Shown one piece after another: positions 54,096 through 64,000 of a stretch of 64,000 nt of DNA. The stretch spans positions 122,574,001-122,638,000 of the forward strand of contig OZ024745.1 of the NCBI GenBank assembly GCA_964016885.1. The letters run 5' to 3'. The translations under genes were made by a program, and so were the position numbers. Source of the DNA: Eledone cirrhosa. Taxonomy: Eukaryota. Numbering within the stretch: position 1 is the first letter of the stretch; every line of letters begins with the position of its first letter. The notes below the pieces were generated by a model. That model saw nothing but the letters and a program-made list of their open reading frames with translations, was not told where the DNA came from and ran no database searches.

Positions 54096-54482
54096 GGGGG
54101 GGGGGGCAGCATGGTCTCATCCGATGGCTGGAACAGGTATAAGAGTAAAAGAGTATGTATAATATATATATATCATCATCATCGTCATTATCGCGTAACT
54201 TCCAATTTTCACGCTAGCATGGGTTAGACGGGCTGTCCCATTAGAAGCCAGTTGTGCCAGGTGACTGTCTTGCTCCTATAAAACTGTTTCTGGCTAGGTT
54301 TCTACGGCTGGATGCCCTTCCTAACGCCAACCACATTTACAGTGTGTGCTGGGTGCTTTTTATCGTGACACCTACACGACCATTTTACAGTGTGGACTGG
54401 CTGCTTTTTGTCGTGACACCTACATGACCGCTTTACAATGTGGGCTGGATACTTTTCTGTGATACCAACATATATATATATG

Positions 54483-55833
54483 TTGCCCCGAATCAGTGGA
54501 GGATCAGTAACATCGTCCCAGTGCCAAAGAAGGGAGATCTCTCTAACCCCAACAACTACAGGGGGATCTCACTGACGTCACTTGTGGCAAAGACCCTCAA
54601 CAGGATGATTCTTAACAGGATCCAGCCCAAGATGGAGAAGAAGCTCAGGGACAACCAGAACGGCTTCAGAGAGGGAAGATCAACCACCAATCACATCCTG
54701 GTGCTGAGGAGGTTATTACAGGGAGCTAGAGCAAAGTGCCTTCCTGCGGTCATGGTTTTCATTGACTTTAGGAAGGCTTTTGATTCTGTGGACCGTCACT
54801 GTCTGATGAAGATCTTACAGGCTTATGGAATCCCCAAGAAGATAGTGGACCTAATATCACTGCTCTACACCAACACCAAAGCCCAAGTCATTACACCTGA
54901 TGGGATGACAGAGTTCTTTGAGATACTGGCTGGAGTGCTCCAGGGAGAAACATTGGCTCCCTACCTTTTTATCATCGCAGTGGACTATTGGATGCGCCTT
55001 GCACTGGAGAAACACCAGGACTCTGGCTTTACAGTAACAACGGCTCAGAGCAGGAGTGTTAAGGCAAAAAAGATATCGGATGCTGAATTTGCTGACGATA
55101 TAGTTCTGATGACAAACACAGTAAAGGAGGCAGAGGATTTGATGCAGGAAGTGGAGACTGTGCCAATGAATGTGGGGCTGAGAATGAATGAGATTAAAAC
55201 GAAGTATCTGGTAGAGAATATTAAGAAGCCAGAGAAGATTACTAATGTAGGCGGGAAGTCATTAGAATTGGTTGAGGACTTCCTGTATTTGGGAACACGG
55301 AAGATGATGTGGTCGAGAGGAAGAGCAAAGCCTGGGCGGCGTGCCACAGCTTGAGATTTGTGTGGAAGTCGAACCTTCGTAAAAACGTGAAGATCCGTCT
55401 CTTCATTGCTGTAGCGGAGTCTGTGCTGCTGTACGGGTCTGAGACTTGGACACTGACCAAGAAACTCACTCAGATGGTGGATGGGTGCTACACGATAATG
55501 CTGAGGATGGCTCTGAACATTAATCAGTATACACTGAGGATGAAGAACTCAGAGCTGTATGGGAGCCTCCCAAAAGTCAGCTCGAGAGTGACACAGGGGA
55601 GACTGAGGTTAGCTGGACATGCTCACCGACATCCAGAGCTGACACTGCACTCAGTGCTCCTATGGGAGCCCCTACATGGACACCCTAGAAGAAGAAGACC
55701 AAGGTTAACATATGTTGATGTCCTAAGGACAGACACTGGTCTCTTGGAGACGCAGGACATGGCAGCGATAATGAAGGACAGAGACTGCTGGAGAGAACTC
55801 GTCCATGGATCTCGGGAATTTTACCCGCCCTAG
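54483..55833 (+). mobile_element. 5'-truncated RTE-clade LINE with nearly intact RT and one frameshift near 55300
   Basis: IVPVPKKGD..NYRGISL, QNGFR.GRST, FIDFRKAFDSV, GVLQGETLAPYLF, EFADD, FLYLG; continues ESVLLYGSETW...RLRLAGH; flanked by (TA)n. Confidence 0.95.
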
Positions 55834-56166
55834 AGAATATATATATATAATCGAAGAAATTGATAAAAGAGAAGCAAGCCGTTAAACTATATTTATAAGA
55901 AGCTCTATAAACGAGTTAGTAGCAGCAAGGAGTTGCTTGAGGTATGTTTTTCTGCTAGGTAGAGGTATAGATTTGAGAGACATAAGTAACGGTTGTTTCT
56001 CCAACATGATGGCAAGTAAAGTATAGGGCTCTACTGAAAGGAGCACGATAATAAAATGTTACAGTATCGTGAGATATATATATATATATATATACAAATA
56101 ACAAGGCAAACAACATTGTACAATGAAGAAATGTATTAGTTTTACGCTTGATATAGTACAAAAAGA

Positions 56167-56203
56167 GTCTTACAGTTTCGGATGCTAGTCCTTCATCAGA
56201 AAA
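56167..56203 (-). ncRNA. Minimal type-I hammerhead ribozyme
   Basis: Minus: TTTT-CTGATGA-A-GGA-CTAGCA-TCC-GAAAC-T-GTA-AGAC; weak stem I. Confidence 0.65.
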
Positions 56204-56447
56204 TAGTATGAGAAATTAAAGAAGAAATAGAAAGATAGAGGAGAGTGGACAGTAGCAGAAATGAAAAACAAATTTTTTGAAAAAAATACAGGTTTGTTCA
56301 AGTCGCCATCTCTTACACACACACACACACGCACACACACACACACACACACATACACATACACACACGTACACACACATACACACACACACACACATAC
56401 ACACACACACAGACGCACACACACACACACACACATACACACACATA

Positions 56448-56608
<161 letters not shown>

Positions 56609-56674
56609 CTCTGTTCAAGTGTAAAATAAACAAGGAAGGATGAGCGGTAATAAAGACATAATGTATGCAAACAT

Positions 56675-56705
<31 letters not shown>

Positions 56706-56880
56706 CACATATATATGCAGGTACATACACACACACACACACACATATATATATACATATATATATGCATATATAAGTAGGTACATACACATACACACAC
56801 ACACATATATATGTCTATACATATATATATATAAAGGTTAAAATACTGGAGTGTGGCCGATGATACTTCTTGTTGTTTTA

Positions 56881-56925
56881 ATTGCCCTGATGAGTCCTTA
56901 ATAGGACGAAACATTGTCGGCTAAT
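56881..56925 (+). ncRNA. Minimal type-I hammerhead ribozyme with canonical core
   Basis: ATTGCC-CTGATGA-GTCCT-TAAT-AGGAC-GAA-ACA-T-TGT-C-GGC, then AATAAA at 56923; predicted cleavage after C56918. Confidence 0.85.
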
Positions 56926-56971
56926 AAAGACTTTTGATGTATTGAAGGCTTCTTTGTTTTACTTTCTTAAC

Positions 56972-57018
<47 letters not shown>

Positions 57019-57344
57019 CATATATACATAGCACATACACACATGTATATATATATATACATATATATAAAACAAAGAGGGTGTGGCAAGATGCCAGGTG
57101 GACCATGATGCACCAGAGTACTCAATACATGAGGTAGTAGAGTGAGTAAAATGAAAAGAGTCAGGACCTCAACAGCTAGATGGTTCAGATGTAGCTGTTG
57201 AAACAGTCAGAGCTCAGCCGTTGGGGTCCTGACTCTTTTCATATACCCCACCCACACCGCCCCTTTCAATGTACAGTTATGTTGGTCCCACAACATCCAG
57301 GCCGAAACAAATGAGATCGTGTAGGTGTCACGACAAAAAACACA

Positions 57345-58137
57345 CAGTCCACGCTGTAAATGTGGCCGTGTAGGCAACACGGTAAAAACCTCCCAGCCCC
57401 ACACTGTAAATGTGGTTGGTGTTAGGAAGGGCATCCAGCTGTAGAAAACCCGCCAGACAGTCCACGCTGTAATGTGGCCGTGTAGGCAACACGGTAAAAA
57501 CCTCCCAGCCCCACACTGTAAATGTGGTTGGTGTTAGGAAGGGCATCCAGCTGTAGAAAACCCGCCAGACAGTCCACGCTGTAATGTGGCCGTGTAGGCA
57601 ACACGGTAAAAACCTCCCAGCCCCACACTGTAAATGTGGTTGGTGTTAGGAAGGGCATCCAGCTGTAGAAAACCCGCCAGACAGTCCACGCTGTAATGTG
57701 GCCGTGTAGGCAACACGGTAAAAACCTCCCAGCCCCACACTGTAAATGTGGTTGGTGTTAGGAAGGGCATCCAGCTGTAGAAAACCCGCCAGACAGTCCA
57801 CGCTGTAAATGTGGCCGTGTAGGCAACACGGTAAAAACCTCCCAGCCCCACACTGTAAATGTGGTTGGTGTTAGGAAGGGCATCCAGCTGTAGAAAACCC
57901 GCCAGACAGTCCACGCTGTAATGTGGCCGTGTAGGCAACACGGTAAAAACCTCCCAGCCCCACACTGTAAATGTGGTTGGTGTTAGGAAGGGCATCCAGC
58001 TGTAGAAAACCCGCCAGACAGTCCACGCTGTAAATGTGGCCGTGTAGGCAACACGGTAAAAACCTCCCAGCCCCACACTGTAAATGTGGTTGGTGTTAGG
58101 AAGGGCATCCAACTGTAGAAAACCCGCCAGACAGTCC
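57345..58137 (+). repeat. 112/113-bp tandem array (about 7 near-identical units) of the family-C SINE body
   Basis: Repeat offsets of 112 bp in the ORF track; SINE tail follows at 58137-58232. Confidence 0.9.
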
Positions 58138-58240
58138 TATGCGAGCAAGACAACCACTCTTGCCTCAAGTGGGAAAACCCCCGTCCAAACCCATGCAAGC
58201 GTGGAACACGGACGCTAAACCTGATGATGATGATATATAT

Positions 58241-58800
58241 AAATAACAGGAGGCTGGACTGGTGTAAATCCTTGAAAAGTTTATTATACTATGATCATTT
58301 CAATGACCGGGTTCCATATGAATCCGGTGATATCATCAGGTATTCGAAATATAACAAAGGAATATGTAAAAACCATGGGTTCGAAAAAACAGAGACAGAG
58401 ACAGAGAGGATGACTGGCCAACTAGCTGTCTTCACCTCAGTCAGTCACCCTCAGACTGGCCGAGGTGAAAGCAGCTAGTTGGTCAGTCGTCCTCTCTGTC
58501 TGTTTTTCGGACCCATGGTTTTTACATATTCCTTTGTTATATTTCGAATACCTGATGATATCACCGGATTCATATGGAACCCGGTTATTGAAATGATCAT
58601 GGTATAATAAACCTTTCAAGGATTTACACCAGTCCAGCCTCCTGTTATTTTTATTTATAATTAACTCCGTATTTGCACCACCAACTACACAAACGAAGAC
58701 GGGTGAACTGCACTATGTTGAGTACTCTCCACAATATTACACCAAGATTGACCATACGGAATGACCAAATCTATCCAGTGGTGAACCAGCAAACTAAAGA
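58241..58800. mobile_element. Fold-back Penelope-like terminal repeat: ~200-bp-arm palindrome (58241-58650) plus unique tail running to (TA)n
   Basis: Arms 58241-58446 and 58454-58650; hammerhead motif plus AATAAA in each arm. Confidence 0.8.
58286..58343 (-). ncRNA. Type-I hammerhead ribozyme with palindromic stem III (the + twin at 58548-58605 has G17, predicted inactive)
   Basis: Minus: ATAC-CTGATGA-TATCACCGGATTC-ATAT-GGAACCCGGTCATT-GAA-ATGATCAT-A-GTAT-AATAAA. Confidence 0.7.
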
Positions 58801-59019
58801 TATATATGTGTGTGAATGAAGTAATTCCGTCGGAAAAGTCCAGAAAAAAAGAGTGCTCTATGTAGGTTACAGAGCTTAATATTTATGTAATAAACAACAT
58901 AAGATAATTATTTCGTTTACTAGTGGTTTCTTGAAAGCAGACAAATCTGCTTTCAGTCATCAGAATGAAAAAATCCTGATGTTTTTATTGAATGTGGATT
59001 TGAAAACAAAAAATATAAG

Positions 59020-59100
<81 letters not shown>

Positions 59101-59399
59101 TACATACATTTATATACATTTAAAACAACCATACCTTTGTAAAGGCAATCAGTCCAGGAGAGTAAATACTGAATAGATACTGATATAGGGTGGAGAGGAC
59201 TCCTGAGTCCAGTTAGACAACCTCTCTAATGATGGTGGCACCAATAATGCACTCAGTCCATACTGTAAAGTGGTTGGTGATAGGAAGGGCATCCAACCAG
59301 GTAAAAATCCTCCAAAATTAAGGAAAGCACAATACATAAGATTCATACTAATTGTGTATACAGGAGTAAAATTAGTCATGTTAGTGCTGTCATGTTAGT

Positions 59400-61110
59400 G
59401 GGGTCACTAAAGTTGCTAATCACACAACATCTTTTCTTTCAAGTAACAAAGAACTGCTACTCAAGGGACTAACCGTGAAGTTACACAACTCAGGTCTGCC
59501 ACACCCTGAAAGGTAAATCAGGTGAAATTTTGGAGCTGTTAGAGAAGAGAGAAGTGGATGTATGCTGTGTGCAAGAGGTGAGATCAAGAGATGCCGCAGG
59601 GAGAATATTCACAAGCAAACAACAGAGATAAAAACTTTAGTGGGTAGGAAAGGATGATGGGGGAGGATATATAGGCATTCTGATTGGTGAGAAATGGATA
59701 GATAAGGTGATAGAGGTAGTTAGAGTATGTGACAGAATTATCAAGCTTCGAATAGCTGTAGCAAATAGAATGGTGACAATTACATCTACTTATGCACCAC
59801 AGGCAGGACAGAGTAAAGAACAAAAGGACAGGTTCTATGAGGAACTTTTACTGACCTCAGCTATGGATGAAAGAGACCTCATCATTTTGGCAGGTGACTT
59901 CAATGGATAGTACCAGGATGGATTCACTGGAGTTCACAGCAGCTTTGGTTATGGCTCAAGAAATGAAGGAGTGAGGTTCTTGGACTTCTGTGATGCAAAT
60001 CAACTAACCATTTGCAACACAAACTTCAGGAAACTGGCCAGCATCTGATCACATACCAATCAGGTGAAAACACAAGCCTGATTGATTTCTTACTTATAAG
60101 ATGAGATAGATGGACAGTAATAAACACTAAGGCCTTCTCTGGGAAAGAATGTACTGCCCAACACAAGTTAGTTATTAGTACATCAGAATAAACACAAGAT
60201 GGAACACAATTTGCAAGAAAATCTGGAGGCGGAAAGTTTGGAAGCTAAAGGACCTTTCTGTTAAATATAGGTTTAGAAAGGACCTATGAGATGCATTTGA
60301 TGAAAGGAGAGATGTGTTAGATTCATATGACAGAGGACAATTTGAAATTCTTATGTGACAACCTTTTGTGAACTACTGATGAGAATTGTGGCTGGAGCAA
60401 AGTACCAGCCAGACAGAGGGTGACCTTGTGGAGAACAGCATAGTGGGTAGAGCCATTAAAGCCAAGAGACAGGCATGGAAAGGCTGGAGAAATGGCAGTA
60501 GTAGAGACCGATACCAAGTAGCTAGGAAGGAGAGAAGCTAGATGACAGATATACAAAGCTTAGAAAGAGGATATAGAAAGAAAGTTTGTCAATGTCTTGG
60601 GACATGAGGATCAGAGACGTGAAGAATTCTGCATTGCAAGGCAGTGTATTAGTGTGAATCGGGATATTGTTGAGGAAAAGTATGTTAGAAATGACACTGG
60701 TGCTCAAAAGAAAGAGGCTTGGAAATGTTACTATGAGAGGCTGATGAATGTAGAGAATGAATGGGAGGAAGAGAGATTACCACAAATTACCCAACTGAGG
60801 AATCACCTATTCAAATTGACAGTTATGAGGTCAAAGAAGCAATCAAGGAGAGAATTTAGTGAGGAATTCAAGGTACAGGTAGTTCATCAGGGTTCGATTC
60901 TTAGCCCACTGCTGTTTTCTCCAGGGATTTAAAACTGGCTGTCCATGAGAACTTCACTATGGAGATGTTCTGGTCCTTATAGCCATAAAATAACTAGAAA
61001 ATAAATTCTAACTATGGAAACAGAATTTGGAATCAAAAGGGCTGATAGTAAACATAGCCAAAACTAAAGTAGGAAAGAAGATAGGACCCTGATTCCTCCA
61101 GGGAAATATT
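59400..61110 (+). mobile_element. Degenerate RTE (BovB-like) LINE: APE endonuclease and RT remnants
   Basis: DVCCVQE, RVCDRIIKLR...TYAPQAG...DRFYE...ILAGDFNG, VHQGSILSPLLF; many stops and frameshifts. Confidence 0.85.
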
Positions 61111-64000
61111 TATTTAACAGAACTATCAGCAGGCCCTTGAATATCTGGTGTTCACCTCCTCTCATAAAAAGACATCTCCACCACTTGGAATCTATAGGGG
61201 AGATCCCAGCACTCTGAGCCTAAAATCAGCCCTATTCTGTCTAGGAAAATTTCTCTTAGAGGACTTGATTATCAGTGTATGATTATTATTATTATGAGGG
61301 CGGTGGATTGGCAGTATCAGTAGAGGGTCAGACGCCACGCTTTACAGCAAAGAGTTACGGCCCTTTATGGTATGAGTTCAAATCCCGCCGAGGTTAACTT
61401 TGCTTTTCATCCTTACGGGGGTTGATAAAATAAAGTACCAGTAATACACTGGGATAATTGCTGGCCTTGTGCCAAAAGTAGAAACAATTATTATTATTAT
61501 TATCATCGAAGGCAAAGTCAACCTCGGCGGGATCTGAGTTCAAATCCTGCCGAGGTTAACTTTGCCTTTCATCCTTACGGGGTCGATAAAATAAAGTACC
61601 AGTAATGTACTGGGTAATTGCTGGCCTTGTGCCTAAAGTAGAAACAATTATTATTATCATCATTTAACCCTTTAGTATTTAAACTGGCTGCATCTCTGAC
61701 CAGAATTCTCTCACTTCCTTCTCTCCAAACTGGCCATAACTGGCCTGGATGTTAAGGTATTGTTCTCAAAATAAATAATATCAAAATCTCATTGATTCGT
61801 TATTATGTGAGGTAAAGACTTTACTGTGAAAATATAATAGTATATATAGAGTAATGTAAATGTTAAACAGTTAAATGGACATTAAACAATGATGATGATG
61901 ATGTATTGAACAAAATACACCATGCTTGTGAAAGTCATTATTCAATATATTGGCTGCTACATCATCATCATCACCATCTATCATCATCATCACCATCATC
62001 ATCATCACCACCAACATCATCAAACTTCCATTTTCCATGCTTGTATGAGTTAAATGGGTAGTCACACTATGAAACATGTCGTCAGTTCAGAGACCAGCAT
62101 GCTCATACAGATCTGCATTTTGGCTTGGTTTCTGTGACACGATGTCCCTTCTAACACCAGCCACGTTACAGTGTGGACTGGGTGCTTTTATTGTGGCACT
62201 GAAATGACCACCTAAACATGTTGGACTGGGGGCTTTTTGTCATGTCACCAACATGACCATCTTACAGAGTGGACTGGCGGCTTTTTGTCATGTCAACAAC
62301 ACAACCACCTTACAGAGTGGACTGGCGGCTTTTTGTCATCACCAGTATGACCACCTTACAGTATGGACTGGGTACTTTTTGTTGTCACCTGCATGACTAC
62401 CTTACAGAATAGACTGGGTCTTTTTTGTCGTGTCACCAACATGACCACCTTACAGTATAGACTGGGTACTTTTGTTGTTGTGGCACCAGATCAACATACA
62501 AGGTGAACTTAGTGCTTTTTGTTGTGCCAATATTTCATAAATTCATTACTAGTTAAAATCTACTTAATTTTAAAAGATTTCTTTTTAATATTCCATTGGA
62601 AATATTTTGATTAACTTCTAATAGACAATAAGGCTAAGTCAAATTTTGGCAGAATCAGTAGAAAAAAACATAAGCCTTTAAACCATTGAGAACTCCACTT
62701 GGTTGACAAGATTATGAAATTGTATATAACAAAAAGAAAATGCTTTGTAATAAATATACAAAAGAAACTTAGAAATCTTATCAATCTCTGATAGCTTATT
62801 TATAAGTCACACAAAAGAAAAGTGATATAGAAATGATAAATTTGAAAGTGTGCCAAATAATTTTATAGACTTCATATGATACTGAATTCAGGAAATTGTC
62901 TGACACTTGACCTTTTTAGCTTTTAACAGTATATTTTTTATAGTCTATTCATGCTACAATATATTTTGGCAACTTTATATCGAAGCCTTGACTAATGGGA
63001 ATCATTGCTACAGTTATCTTCCAGTTCAGTTTTGGTTTTATTATTTTACCTTGACATAAAAGTAAACTTTCATTTAAATAGTCATCCACAGCTAATAAAT
63101 AAGATCTACTGTTATCCTTAGTTGTACAAAGACAATGTTTTTTTTTTATTTTTTTAAAAATAATTTAGTCAGAGGAGGAAGTATAATGCTCCTGACCTTT
63201 TGAATAACCTCCAAGACTAGGAGCAAGTGAGGGTGTTATCTTTAAGCTAAAGACCTAATCTGAATCTTAAAACAGAGTAAGCTCTCCTTATCCCTCTAGC
63301 ATTTACATTACTCTATATTTACTATTATACTTTCATGGTAAAGGCTTTATCTTGCATAATTATCTCACATAATATTGAATCTATGAGAGTTTTGATATTA
63401 TTTATTTTGAGAACAATACCTTAACATCAGTATGAATGACCAGTTACAGCCAGTTTGAACAGAAAGTGGTGAGAGAATTCTGGCCAGATGTGACTGGTTT
63501 AAATGCTAAAGGGTTAATGTGTTTTCCTAAAGTGATTAATAAATGAACTGCCATTGGTTTGGGTGATGAATGTTCCAGTTCTTTAATCAACAGAATTGAA
63601 CTACTCAGTATTCCACAGACACATGTGCCATTAATTTAATCCTTAGGAAAATACAGTATTGCTCCTTTTACGGTGCCACTCTGTCATTCCACTATATACT
63701 CACACCTCTCCTCCTATACTGTCCCTCTTTGCTCTGCAGAGGACACAACAAATACCTTAGTGTCATGATAAAATGCATCAAGTTCACTTTACTAAGTGTT
63801 AGTGCTGGGGCCATGATAATATACACCCAGAAAATACTGTAAAATAGTAGTGTTGGATCAGGATCAAAATGCCCCCAGTACACTTTTTAAAGTGGTAGAT
63901 TTGGCTCCCCAATAAAATATTCCTAATAAACTCTGTAAAGTGGTTAGCACAGCCATAGAAATCCTGCCATATTGGAATGCTTGAACAAGGTGTGATCCTT

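Overview
AT-rich, repeat-saturated animal DNA, most likely an octopod cephalopod (inferred from the SINE types and dense (TA)n/(CA)n/(GAT)n tracts). Only one host coding exon is recognisable: a 146-bp minus-strand exon (3246-3391) encoding part of the second PH domain of a RasGRF-family Ras GEF. The rest looks like one very large intron, or intron plus intergenic DNA, filled with tRNA-derived SINEs, TTAA/piggyBac-type, hAT and Tc1/pogo MITEs, RTE/CR1/CRE LINE fragments, a 2.1-kb pol-less Gypsy-type LTR element and minisatellites. The most striking signal is a dense set of short elements embedded in (TA)n tracts that carry minimal type-I hammerhead ribozyme motifs typical of Penelope-like elements, several as fold-back palindromes. 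A related 7-copy family has a branched ~120-bp palindrome whose arms co-vary between copies and which keeps only the 3' half of a hammerhead. Nearly all long ORFs in the track are microsatellite artefacts. All structures were read by eye; no searches were run.
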